This document shows, piece by piece, positions 49,801 through 63,239 of a stretch of DNA of 64,000 bases. The translations under genes and the position numbers were made by a program. Positions within the stretch are counted from its first letter, which is position 1. The number at the start of each line of letters is the position of its first letter. The notes under the pieces are model-generated. The model was not told the DNA's origin. It worked only from the letters and a program-made list of their open reading frames with translations, and searched no databases. Origin of the DNA: Azolla caroliniana (taxonomy: Eukaryota; Plantae; Polypodiophyta); assembly GCA_043228905.1 (NCBI GenBank), contig JBHGNT010000021.1, forward strand, positions 1,736,001 through 1,800,000, written 5' to 3'.

Positions 49801-52800
49801 CCAAATGTTTTTGAATAAGTTCTTCGACTTTGGCATGTATTGGTCTGATTTCTTGAGGTACATTTGCTGACTCCACAGGAAAAGCATCAAATACCATCTT
49901 TAATAGAGAGCATAGGGATTTCCCTACGTCAGGAAGCTTACTGTTGAAACATGGTTCAAGCAACTGATCCAAGCCAAGGGTTAGCATCACTAAACTATTG
50001 ATAGAATCTTATAAGAGAAAAACACTTTTACACTTCTCTCATATTCTCGTGCAAGAAATTCAATTTTATATTCTGAATTGTGATGTAATTCAAGGTAAAG
50101 CTACAGTTTAAGAGATCAAATCCACTTTTGTCATCTATGGCGGTTGCTGGTATGTAATATAAGAGAAAAGGTTCAGATTGTGACTAACTGCACATAGATG
50201 CATGTACAGTTTTACTTCCAAAAGCGTTGGTATGTATGGATTTATTTTAAAAGACTGGAAAGGTTGAAAATACCTGAATAATATACTGCACATTGTTACG
50301 CACAAACAAATGAGGCTGCTTCTCCATAATTTTGTTCATCACATCTAATCCCTGAGCAACAGCCGAGAGGGGATCCTTATTTTGCCCAGCTGGTTGAACA
50401 GTTGACAGGAGTTTCTCCAGATAATGAAACTTCACATTTGCTGTAGGCCACACTTCTAGAGCTTGACTCAGAAGATCAAGGGCTTGCTTGTACATGGCAG
50501 CCATTTCCTTGTCTTTTGGTTCTGTCACTAACGCTACCTATGAATCCAATGGAAGTTTTGAAGCTATATAAAACATTTTCATCTTCAAAGAGGGAAACAG
50601 GAGAGCAAAAATCTTACTCGTATAAGAAAGTTAATGATCATTTCTTCCATTGCAGCATTTGGCTTGAATTCTTCATCTGGCAGACCTCCTGATCCAGGTG
50701 TACCAATATTTGGAATAGCCCCACCAGCAGTACCAATTCCAGGAGACATTGCGGACAAAGAGGGCAATCCATTTTCTGTTTTCACTCGTTTACTAATATC
50801 ATCTCCAGTGTTGGGCAGCCCTGCTGTCTCACCACTTCGTTTCGATCCAACTTGCACAGATACATTATCACCTAAGCTTACACCAGATGCATTTGAATCT
50901 GCTACCTGGTTAAGTCCATCTGCATCAGAAGTGGACTTTGTTTCTGCCTGTCTTCTCTTCTCCCAAGCTACAACAAGGCCAGCAAGTTCAATGGCCAGTC
51001 TTCTATTTTCAGGTGGCGTATTTGGTGGTAAACCAAGCCGGCTAAGGGCATTCACCATTTGCGGCACAAATTGACCACGACAAGTATAGAAAAGATCAGA
51101 ATGACGAACCAAAAGCTGAAAAATGTGTATTGAATTAGGAACCGAATGACCCTCCTCAAGCAAAATCTTCTTTGTGTAGCGAATCCAAATTGGTATTTTG
51201 TATTCCCCTAGTGGCAGTCTTTTTGGTAAAGCTGGCATAAGAACGTCAAGGGCTTGCCTGACCAATACTCTATTTTCAGGTTGGCAAGTACGCAACAAGG
51301 CAACAAACACCTGAAAAAGCAACGCTTGCCTCCTTAGAAATGAAAAAGAAGAGCATTATTGTACCGCATCTTAGTCAGTACTTACTTGAAGAATAATTTT
51401 TTCTGGTGCCTGATATGCCTCGAGAAAATGGCATACATTGACAAACGCCCATTGTTTACTAGCACTTTCCTCTCTTTTAAGATGATTCCATCCAAACTTG
51501 ATAAGCTCTTTGCGATGATGAACCAATTCATTCGACATATGCTTTAATAAAAGAGTTGCTAGTTGCAGAAGTTCTATTCGCAATTGTTCATCATATTCTG
51601 CACTCACCTGAACCATAAAAATATAGACCAATATCAGGAAACAGAAACATTTCATGGAATGAACAGGATGGAATTGACGGGCTTCAAAATCTATGCTTGC
51701 GTAGTCACCTCTTCAGGTGGATCAAGTAGCTTTTCAACAATTGTCTTTATGATACTCTGATCAACAACATCAAAATTTTGATTTTTGAAAGCATGTGTCA
51801 GCATTGGTAGTATAAGCATCTGCATAGATATAACTAGATGATCTTGTGATAGCTCCTTATTCTGGAACAACTGTAAGAAATGGACAAGAACTGCTTTCTT
51901 TTTGGGGGGAGAATAGCCCTCACCAACCTATGAGTCAACAAAAAAGCAATCAAACGACGGAATGAATGAACACTTCTCAATCATTCAAGGAAACATAACT
52001 TATAAAAAGAAAATTCTAAATCCAAATATGATTACCTCGATGATATAAATCTCCTTGAGGAAAGTGTAATCAATGCGCGTACGGACCAAAAAAATAGATA
52101 ACAGATCAAAAAGCACGCCTACTTCATCATTATCATGCCTCAAATAATTCAAGAAACACTTGACAAGGCGTTTGCTCTCTTTGACCTGTCCAAACGTCAG
52201 ATCTAGTGGGTAACATGCAAAAAAAAACGTCCATATGGTTCTTTTTAACAAATAATTCACCTGGTTCAACGATAAGTTTTGTTCATTTTGTAAGCGGGCA
52301 AGACGAGCAGGAGAATGCCATACTTGAACTAGGGCATCAAATACAGGACGGTTGTTATATAGCCAATCTGGTAATAGTTTTACTAAGGCTGAAATAAGTG
52401 CAATCCCTTGGAACTGCAACTCAGGTGTCTCTGCAGCATTATTTCCAGAAGCCTGCTTAGGTGCAAATCCATCAGCTCCAGGAACTACACCACTATTCTC
52501 TGAAGAGTTCAGTAACACAGTTGAACTTGAATCTTCTGTAGGAGCTGGTAAACTATTCTGCGTAGCAATTGTGGCAATAATTTTTTCTGGAGATTTTGCT
52601 AGCTCTTCTCGTAAGGGTTGTCCTGCTTCTGATCTTATTATATCCATAAACCTGCAGTTCTCATAAGAGTTTTAATATACCACAAAATTCACGACACTTT
52701 GAGAACAATGACTAAAAACTAGATTGACATCAGCATAAAAAAGAGCTATTCAAATTATTAACCTCCTGAAGTTGCCAGGTTGTGTCAATCGAGCAAGAAA

Positions 52801-55800
52801 ATAATCGACAGCTTCTGTGGCATATCTGTTCAAAAATTTTGTTAAGGGTAGCCTATATGGACTGTTAAGTTCACTATATATTTGTCCCGGAAGTAAAGCT
52901 GTCTCTAATTGCATTGTTAGTGTCACCAGCTCATCAAGAAACTTTCCAGCTGCATTTGGAAGAAGATGGAACAATTCAATAATAGCTGCAATGAAAATGA
53001 CAGGGGTTAGCTATCAGAAGTTTTTCAAAACAATATAGCAAGTTATTTTAGCAGTTTCAAATGTTTTTGTTTCATTAAAAATGATCAAATCAATTCATGT
53101 ACGTTCCTTCTTGAGTTTATGGCTTGATTTATGCTCCCTAGACAGTATATAGTGAAGAAAAAAAATGTCACATATTACTTAGCTCGCCAAGGGCAAGTAT
53201 GTTTGACGTGTGTAAAAAGCACTCCTTCAAAACTCAAGTCATAGCACCTTCAATGTTATTTAAAATGGATACAAAAGAATTTAACTACTTTGTCATATCT
53301 ATGAATTGTAACAAATTTGAGAGGTCTCTAGATTATATTGCCAGCAGTGTTTATGATGTGACAAAGACTTCTCAACGTTTAGTGCCACTTGGTGCTAAAC
53401 CATCATGGCAGACAATGCATTCTCAATGGCCCCAATCAATACCAAGAGAATCTACTTCTAACAAAAAATCAAATCAATTATCTTCTTGGTCATTGAATAA
53501 TCGAATTCTCTGCAATTGCAAGCCAAACCATTTATGCAAATTACAAAGATTGACCTGATGCTCTGAAATAAAATTTCAACTACAATTATTGTATCCTAAG
53601 TACATACCAGCAGCTATTTTGGGCTCTTCTCCAGCTTTCCATGATTTCTGTGATTGTGAAAGTTTTTCTGGCTCTAGCCATTTCCTTAAATGCTCCATGA
53701 GCTTGCAGCCCAAAGTAACATTGAACCAATTTGATAAGAGCTCCAGCAAGCGCGCTAGTCCTTGCAATAAAGGCATAGTGAGACTTCTCGTATGCGCAAG
53801 ATTAACAAGAATTGGCCTTAGACTGCTCTGTAACAGGTCCTTCGGCATTTTTTGCTGTTGAATTACCTGTACAAATAAATTGAACCAACAAATGAAACAA
53901 TCTACTCCAAGTACAGCACAAGCTGCTTCTATTTTCAAAGTTCAAACAATGAACTCACTTGACGCAGTCCTTCTTTGGCAACAGCAACAATCTCTGCAGT
54001 TCTGCAAGTTAGGGACTTGAAAAACATGGCAATAATTCGTGATCGCAAATCTGCATGATTTGGTGTTTTGAAATCAGCCCAAGCCATTGCAGTGCAAAGA
54101 AGCTCAATGCATGCTGTCCGAAGTTTGGTAAGCGTCACAGCCAACTTTGGATTCATGAACTTTCCAATAAGCACACTTTCATCTGTATCTGCAATTTGCA
54201 GTACCTCTTGAAGAAGATTAACCAGCTCAGGTGTCATCTTCAATAACGGTGGTCTCAATGCAAGGCAAAAGTTCAAGGCCATCACAGTTCCCACCTGGAT
54301 TAAAATAACATTGCAAAGAGATAGTTATACTTTATTTTATATTATGTGGGTCTGAAATGCTTCCAGAAAAAGAGACATGTATAGACCTGTTGTTCAGGAT
54401 GTTTTGTGCGAAGAGGCCTCGTAATAAGAGGTTGAAGAAGAGTTTGATGCAAAGGTTCTTCTAACAACTCTGAAACTTCCATACCCGTTCTACTAGCAAG
54501 CAACGCAAGGCATGACTGCACGTTTTTCCTTACAATATGAGTGGCATTTGGGTTGAAAAGTTCTGCTGCTAGCACATCAACCACCCCTTGAAAGCTTTGG
54601 CGGCGAGGCTCATTTGTTGATTCTTCCACATTATTGGCCACTCTCAGAACTTGAGTGAGCACTTGACTCGTCTCTTCTTGCTCTTTATTTGCATGCTGGG
54701 GGAGGCGCTTCAGTACATACACTAAGGCACGCACAGCTCTTACTTGGAAATGACACAAAGTGTCAACAGTGGCCTTGCCTACGAGTGCCCCTAGACCCAT
54801 AACACCACCCATTTGAGCTTGCCATGTACTACCATAGCAGCAGTGCAAAAGCCTTGGAAGAAGTTGCTCAAAAACAGGAATGCGAACTCCAGGTGGAGGT
54901 GAGTACACAGGATTCATAGAAGGACTGCTCACCATCATAGGAGTTCCAGGTGTGCTTACCCCTTTCAGTGTTAACACACCAGTGTGCTTAGAACGTGCAA
55001 GGAGAAGGAGCGTTTCAGCAAAAATGTTCAATCCATTCAATGCAGCTTTAGCATGTGAACGATTTTCATCTGCCAGAACAGCCACCAAAGCATCCAAAAA
55101 TATCAATGGATCTAGCTCTTTGAGATTGGTCTGAGACTTGCTTCGAGGTTTTGCACCAGAACCTCCACCAGAGTTCTGACCAGGAGCTGCAGGAGCTGCT
55201 AGAGAGTCTACATGGAAAATCATAGCAAAGTGATGACAAATATTTGGAACAAAATCATCCTTTGCATCTTGTAGTTCAGGTTCTGCACTTGCTGCAATGA
55301 CAGTCATCAACAAAATTTTGAATACTGTTTTCTCTGCCATGAGTTGCGTTTTGGTCTTCACACCAGGGTCCGCCTGTAAAACATCATGCAAATTACATCA
55401 ATAAGTTCGTAAGGCCATTTGAAACAGTATTCAATCAAATTATCTCTTTAATCCAGGCACAAAATTTATTTACCTTCATATTCAGCGTTTCAGCCTTGCG
55501 CCGTAAGGGATCAATAGGAGTCAAAAGCATTGTACTAAGCTGGCCAGAGGTTACACCATCATTCCCAATATTCCCTTTTAGGTTTAAAACCAGACAAAGA
55601 CAAACTCGCAGAAATTTCAAGGCATGCTTTCGGTAGAATGACTCCACCCCAGGTTGTGGTTGCATTACTGCAGTACGTGCAAGATAAATGCATCGATCTA
55701 AAGGCACCAAGAAAGAAGTTGTTGGTTCAAATGTCAATATTAACCTCAAACCATGCTCCGGATTTTCTTTGCAGTCAAGTGCAAGAGGCTCTTTCAAAAA

Positions 55801-58800
55801 TCTTCGGTTCCTGCCACCAAGTTTCCCCAGTAACTGAAGTGCCTTGGCACCCCACGGGTAAGGTTTTGGCCGGAGGTGTGTCCACAGTGTCAAAATAAGT
55901 TCAGACATAACTTTCGCCATACTTGGTTCCAGGAAATCAGGATTCAGGCTGTCAATCCAAAGCTCCAAAGTTCTTAAACCAAGCCCAACAAGTTCTTCAC
56001 TTCCTTTCAAAGCCAAAACAAGCGGCTTCATCAGCTTTGGAAGATGAGGGAGGAGAGAACTCAATCTAGCAGGCATTATGAGACAGAGTTCAACCACCAA
56101 ATCTATCATTTCAACCCCTGTAGGACCCTCCAGCATTGCAAGTAGCATGTTAAGGCATGGTTGTAAATATGGAATAAATTCCCTGAAAAGAAGCTCAAAT
56201 TTCCCACTGGAAAGTGAGAGGAACATTGTACGAAGAAGTTGCATGTACCCTTCAGGTTTCTCAACTTCTGTTGCACACTTGATACAGGTTTCCATCAATG
56301 TTGCAATATGAGGCTGAAGAACACGTTCACAGTCTCCTTGGCTCTTTGCTACTGCCACAAAAAGATATCTGAAAAGCTGTAACACTAGTTTTGCAGGAGG
56401 TGAGTCAGGTTGCTTCAATAATTCTAGCTTGCTGGCCACAAGGAAGTTGACAAGAACATCCGCAAAATGCCGAACAACTTTAGGTGTCTGAAGTAGGGTT
56501 GAGAATATTTGCAGAAGCTGATTATTATTGATCATACATTCAAAGAGATGTGGCATACACATGGAGAACATGTCCATGAGATTTCTTGGCTCCATGACAG
56601 CAAAAACAGAAGAATAATGCTGGAACATGTCTCTCTCTTCATCCTTGTCTTTGAAAAGGGCAAGACAATGAATGCCACTTTTCAAAATCCCCATTGCCAG
56701 TCGTACCTGATATTTCATGAATTTAAAAGAACATGTAAGCTATATATCCTTCTTTCATATTTTAAGGTTTCACCTCATCTTTTATGTTTTCACCATAAAC
56801 TCGATCATTATGCTATACTTGCCTCATCTTCTCTCATCCCCTTGGGACCATTGGAGTTGACAACACCTGATGCTTGGCCTGCTTGTGGTGGTGCATTAAC
56901 GAAAGTTATGCTCCAAACCAATGTCTTCATACCTAGAATCAATGTAAAAAGATAAGTGAAATGTTCAGTTAGCTAGGAAGCGTTACAATATTGATCATTC
57001 CTTCAGTACCCATGACAAGAGATTTGATTAATTGCTTGCAGTCCGTAACTTCTTTTGCATGCTCAGGTGGCACATGAAGATTCAATGCTGTCTGCATACA
57101 AGAAACATCACATGAGATACATGTCACAGACTGAAATATGATCAAAAATCAAACATGAGGATGTATGCACATTAAAAAAAAAGAAACCCTTGACTGAGAA
57201 GAAGTTAGTGTACAATGAGATCATAAACTATGATATCATTAAAAATAGCCACATGATGCCCCGACCTGGATGGGAAGTTCCAAACGTGTCCTTAAGCTGG
57301 GACGCTCTTTGCCTTCTTCGCCTTCACCGCCTTGTAAAAGCTTTTGCATTTAATTTGTATTAAGTGTTATGCAGTAAAAACTAAACACATAATTTTTCAA
57401 CCTAAGACTTTCATAACACTGTAAGTGTTCAGTGAACAGTTTTCGGTGTCTTAATTCACATACAAAGCACTAACTACCAAGAAAATGATAGACTATTGAC
57501 CTGTGGGACAATATGCTTTAGTGTTCCAAATTTGCTTACAAACGCATCCAAGATACGCCCCTGCATATTTAGATATTGGATATTGATGAATTAAGACTAG
57601 CTCAGATAGATGACAACAACAAATATTGCGAAAAACACAAATATTAGATATTAAACTTACCAATAATGCCCTCCCCTCTTCCTTACTAGGAATGTCAACA
57701 CCCCTAATGAAGATGGGCTCTGCCTGTATACATAGAATCATCATGCTTTCAAAAGATTAGCATGGGACTTCAAAAACATAAAATGAAAAGCTTTTGCTGA
57801 AAAATAAACCTTCATAAACGTACCAGATTCAGCATCAAGCGTACACATGTGGTCTGTACACTCAGTGGAAGGGAAGAGTCATGCATATTTCTTGAGAACA
57901 GGTATACAATTCGAGAGAGCTGCATTCATTGTAATAAAAAGAATATCTCATTTCACAGACAAATGCAAAGGATAAAATACATCAGTCACATTAAACAATA
58001 GAACTCAGATTAACAAGTTTGCAGAACCCATTTTTACCTGCACAAGTTTTAACTCAAGGCGTACATGGTGTATAAGCTCGGCAAGGATACTATATGCTAG
58101 TGGTCTGAGGGTCTCAAAACAAGCTCGACCAGTTCCTACCAGAACTCTGAAAAAAAAGAGAAAGAAAAATGAGCATTATGAACAACAATCTAGGAAATAG
58201 CCTATCTACTTTAATATAACCCGAATAAACCTTTCTTGCTGATAAAGAAAATAAGTACTCTCCAGATTCTTCAACTCAACTACAACTTTCCTCTAGTGGC
58301 ACATATAACGTAGTCATACGATAGTAGAATCTTAATGATCACACATTTGCATTTTGGTTGTGTACATACTCCAAATTACCAAGATAAAACACATGCCAGG
58401 AACACGTACCTTTCTTCCAAAATCTTATCAATTAATGGGAAAAAGCCTCTTCTGAATTCAGTAGCTAAGACGTGTCGGGTTGCCACCAAAAGTTCCTGTC
58501 AAAAAATATGAAAGATGTCTTCAACCTGATGAATTTCCATCCTATTAATTTGAAGAAGAAAAATCAAGACACTTAATAAACATACCTTGCGTATAGAAAC
58601 AGAATCAGGACAAGTCACAAGTAGATTGACGATGCTTTTTGAAATGCTCTCTTCATGCGGTCGGATGCACTCAGCAAAACTTTTCAGCAAGTAAGTAAGA
58701 AAGGAAACTGTCTGTACTTGCAAAAATAATAGGTTCCAATATGTTAGAAGATTTCTAAGCATAATGAAAAAAAAATCCAGCTTCTTGAGTTCAGTCAGAT

Positions 58801-60533
58801 TTATACCTTAACTTGAGCTGCTTTCAGCTCTGTAAATTGGTTTCTAAGGTTAGATGGCACTTGCTGAGGACCAGGTATTGAAATTGTTGTTACCATTAAT
58901 GGTAACAAAATAGATATATTAGATTGGAGATATCGAGGATAGAGCTGAAACAAGAACATGACAATAAGAGGGCATTCTGTAACAATTTTGAAAGACCGGG
59001 TGCTAGGATTAAGCTGCCCCGCATTTGGACCACCACCACCTGGTCTTTGTGGACCAATATAACCTAGGTTATGTTGAGTTGTTGCAATCTGGTTATCTGA
59101 CCCATTTGCATCCTCAAAGAAATAATTCACAGTTGCTTTGAAATTTTGATATATCTGTGAACAAGGACAGAAACCAACACAGGCATGAATTTCAGGAATA
59201 TCTATGAGGTCATTCTAGTTTTGACGATTCCCTAACGCAAACAGAACCATTGCTGATGACACTAGGGTGCTTTCTGCTTGGTTACTTTATCAAAGAATCA
59301 AACTCAGAGGAATATCCAAACAGGCAAATTAGGAAAAAAGCTTGCTTTTTCTTCATGCAAACCATTTCAAAATACCCCCTACACAGCTGGGTAGAGTGCT
59401 TTGTGATGATTGTAAGTCCCATGGATCATGTTGGCTCCCCGTGAATACAACATCCTCATCTCTCTCTTCTTGCATGATTAAATTCTGCTAGCTAGACGAG
59501 AGTTTTCACATTTCAACTATTCTATCATTCATTATATTACTACAAGCATGCAATACCATTGCATAATAGATTTTATATGTAAGAAAAAGTTTATCCTCAC
59601 CAGTAACATTGCAAAAAAAAAACTCTTCAAATTATTTGGACATTACCTTGCACACAAACTCTAGAAATGGTTGTACTTCCGGCTCGAGTGCAGGTCGGAA
59701 ACTTCGATGTAAATCAAAGATGATGCGTAGACAAATCAGTCCATTTTCCTCATTATCAGTGGTCAATATATGCATAAGAAGTTTAAGTAGATCTTGTAGA
59801 AATGGCTTGATAACTTCCGAGTGTGGGAGTCGATTCAAAATTTCAATTATTACATTTCTTAGTTTATGTTCGATACTGTCTGTCGTCTGTGGCTTTGTAT
59901 GTTGAGTCAGGAGAGTAGAAAAAACTCGAAAATAACTCTTCAAGAAATTCAGATACTCTGATGTATGCACTATCTCAATCGTGTCACGAACTTCTATGGC
60001 TAATTGATGCCTGTTTTGCATAGCTGAAATCATGGATGTCAAGGAAAAACACTACCCACTCATAGACATGTCCTTTTTTACAACAATTCCACAATTTTCA
60101 GTATTGGAACAAACAAACAAAAAATAAGAAGTAGCATGTTATATACACATATGACCAGTTATGCATTTATTAAGCATACGGAGTAAAAAAACTGATTAAT
60201 GCCCAGCATAGAATCATAATTTTAACATGGATTTGATTGCAACGCCATGCCCGAGCTTTTAAATGAATAATAATAAAATGTTTTAAAAAAACAAAATTTT
60301 GTACACATATGTATGTGAAGCACATTTGAAATCATACAAAACAGACAAGGGTGAGAACCCACTGTCTCACGCACATACACACTATAACTCGCTATCCACC
60401 TAGCTGTCTCACATAAAATATCAAACATAAACTCTCTGTATCTTCTCCCTCTCTTCTATTTGTAGAGTAGGATACAAAGTTCAGGCTCCAGAAACTTGCG
60501 AGCATGCTGATCGAAATTGGAGACAGGGATCAT
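40877..60533 (-). CDS. TRA1: Transformation/transcription domain-associated protein TRA1/TRRAP (PIKK-family pseudokinase; SAGA/NuA4 scaffold), about 36 coding exons
   Basis: The start is MIPVSNFDQHARKFLEPEL|SMQNRHQLAIEVRD (ATG 60533). Conserved segments include DNEENGLICLRIIFDLH, SFKIVTECPLIVMFLFQLY, CLIMPARLSSLLPHLP.LMKPLVLAL, LGKLGGRNRRFLKEP, WIRYTKKILLEEGHSVP and IKFGWNHLK. The FAT region contains LWEEQWIGCAKQLSQWD and EAFVKIREQAK, the degenerate kinase loop is LQIGGRSPNKILFAKNTGKVFQNDFHP, then EPVPFRLTRNLQ and FATC MDPTWHPWF* (TGA 40879-40877). GT-AG junctions were traced by hand. Confidence 0.97.
44540..46360 (+). mobile_element. Internally deleted Ty1/copia-like element in the large TRA1 intron, flanked by diverged direct repeats (possible LTR remnants ~44560-44795 and ~46170-46357)
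   Basis: The plus strand at 45360-45775 reads LVGYSHADWAGDADTRWPASGYCLLLGSG...SVSSSSTKTEYRAYLETCEILWL...HGRNKYIEVHYHFVYE...ADLF.KPL, which is copia RNase H. The flanking repeats share TTCTGAACCTGCCAC.ATTTCATT, GGCATATTTTATCCCCTTT.ATAAAT and TACTAGCCTCTTT.GCA.CTTACT..TGTTCA. Confidence 0.82.
60024..60475 (-). other. Putative U12-type (minor spliceosome) GT-AG intron, first coding intron of TRA1
   Basis: The 5' splice site is GTATCCTA and the branch site is TTCCTTGAC, with the branch A about 15 nt before the CAG and no real polypyrimidine tract. Confidence 0.8.
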
Positions 60534-63239
60534 GGTGATTTTTTAGAGAAAGGAGAGAGGATCCCCCCCTCCTCCTCCTCCTTCCCTTACTTTCCCCTTC
60601 TTTACTTCTTTACCTCAAGGATAGCCTGAAAAAGAAAAAGGAGATTGCGGGAGGGAGAGGGAGAGGGAGACCTCGGAGAGTGGACAAATTCTTGTGCTTC
60701 CAAGCTCTGCATCGACGAAGGGCTGAGGGAAACCTAGCTCTTCCTTCTGTCTTTCCTTTGGTTTGACTGTCTCTCTCGGTCTCTCTGTTCTGCGTGCGCG
60801 CGGAGCAGAGTTCCTCCTTCGAGGGAGGAGCAGGAGCAGGAGAAGAGTAGCGAGGTGCGAGGGAACACAAAAGTAAATACTTCAAACTAAAGAGCTAAAA
60901 GCTCAATTTCTCCTCAATCAAAGCCAAAATGCCAAATTCCTAATGTTTAAACTTTAGTGTCGAAGCTTTTCTCTGGTCTATGGTGAGGGGGTGAGTTGAG
61001 GTTTCCAGGAGGAGACCCAAACCTTATAGATTCTCACACACCATGTTTTCTTAGGAACGTTGTTCATTAGCATGTCCTTCGGAAATTCATTCCCCCCCCC
61101 CCCTGAGAAAACCTATTCTGTGTTGAACACGGACACGAATTCTCCAACCCTCCGTGAAAAAAACCCGTGTTTTCTTCGGACACTGCGGTAGGGAGCTGGC
61201 TTCAATGGTGCCATTCTCTTACCACCTTATCGCGTCTAATGATTGACTTATTTGCCGACATGCTTCACAAAACCTTTGTTGCCACTACCATTAGTCGCTT
61301 TAGATTGACTTGGACTTCATTTCCAACTAGCAGTGCTTCTTGACAATCAAACTAATACTCATTTACAACCAATTGTAACAAGTAGGCAAAAAGACTTTGT
61401 AGATAGAATGAGCGAGGCATGAATGGGGCCCAATCTTATCTAGGCAATGGAAGTGGAATTCCATGAACACTTATTGAGCATGGGTGAGAGTCAAGGATCA
61501 TATTCACATTGATTTCCTTCTTTTCCTTTAATCTCAGTATGTGGTGGTAGTTATTGATGTGTTTTTAGGGATGGTGGATTCAGTGTAGGGTTTTAACAAG
61601 AATAAATGGATGTATGTCATTGATGTGGTAGTGTGGATGTAGAATTAGGCAAAAACCCACACAATTGGTATTGTCCATGATTGTGAAGCGACAGAAACAC
61701 CTATAGTCAAGTTCCAATAAAGTTTGTGTAGCCTATGCATTTTTATGAATGGAGTAACATTTTGTCAACTATTGCAAAGTTATGTTCTTGAATCATCCTA
61801 CATATTGTATTAATATTGAGCTTTCTAAAGTGTGAGGACAACTTCTTTGTGGGCATTGTGAAGGTTCATGGGAAGATCCTTTGCATCACGATTTCATGGG
61901 AATCGTGGGATCTAAATGTTTGATACGTGGATGAAAGCATGCCTTGATATTTAGATCCCCGTAAAATTTCCAAAGAAGGAGGTCTTCTGTGTCAATTTAG
62001 ATTGTCAATAGTTGCTACAAAGCTTCATTCATTTCTTCATTTTCTTCATGAGGAGAGTTTGATATTCACATCAAGGAGCTTGAGAGGGTGTTCTCGTAAG
62101 ATCATTTGGGGTCCCACAACAACTATTACATCATCAAATATATGGTGAAGTTTGAATGTTGTATCGTAAGCGTCAAATAGAGTTTGGTATTGTCATAGCT
62201 TTGTAATAGGGGAAATGTGGAGAGAAATAGAAAGACCAAACAACATGAAGTTAAATTGATTGGTTATAGTGATTAAATAGATTGAATAAAGTAACACAAC
62301 TAATAATATCAAAATTAAGCGATAGTCTAGACAAAAATTGTGTAAGGAACCCTTAATTATCATGCAATTAGCTCAAGTATAACAATAACAATTTCACTAA
62401 TCAAGGTGGTTTTATCCTTGAATACATTGTACCTTGATCTACAACCTCTTCAAATTTTATCACAAGGATTGCTCCATTCCTCCTTTTGAAAATATTTGCT
62501 TGCTTCCTTGCTACCAATTTTTGAAAGAGGTACGGTTAATGCCAAGTTTAATATGGTCTCACATACGTACATTTGAAGGGTGATTCCTCATCGATTCATT
62601 TACGTCAAGGCTCGTGTGGGGTAATGTCGTATTGTTGGAAAAACATGTGTGAGAGAGTGTCAAGCACTCTTGAGCAAACTACTCTCACACTAACTATGAT
62701 ACCTTGCTTGATTAATTACACTTATTTGCTTAAAGACTTCACCTATGTTCTTAAATTGATAAATTAGTGAACACGCAATCCTAAGGCAGAGACTTAGGGT
62801 AATGGTCAAATATTAATTAAGGTGGGAGGGATAAAGAAAAAGACTAAGGCTATACCTACGAAGAGATGAAGAAACTTGGATTAGAAAGATCCACAACAAC
62901 GTCTTGTGAAAGATCCGGAATTCCACACATTCCATATTAGAGATTTGTATTAATGTAAGCAAAGGATAAGGATAAACGATAGATCTAGATAGAGAGAAAG
63001 AAGGGTGTTGATCCCCCCGACCACCCCTCGAATGAAGGGATCGAGACGGACTCGAGCCTCGATCGGCGTCCCATACCACCGTCGTGGCGTCAAGTCGTAC
63101 CTGGTGTTGGCGCGCTCGCTACAAGAGTTGAACCACCAAGAAACAGAGTCTCGACGTAGTCAAAAAGATGATGAAATGAGGGTAGCTAGGCCTCTTATTT
63201 ATAGCGATACCCAAGGCCCCCATGCAAGTTAACACTTGG

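Noticed and set aside
48412-56955. Plus-strand ORFs antisense to TRA1 exons (e.g. 50634-51074, 52352-52666, 56509-56955)
   Set aside because: These are shadow ORFs of long coding exons with no independent gene signals.
60610-60885. 91-aa ORF upstream of TRA1 as a regulatory uORF
   Set aside because: It has a non-ATG start and low-complexity leader sequence, and there is no conservation evidence.
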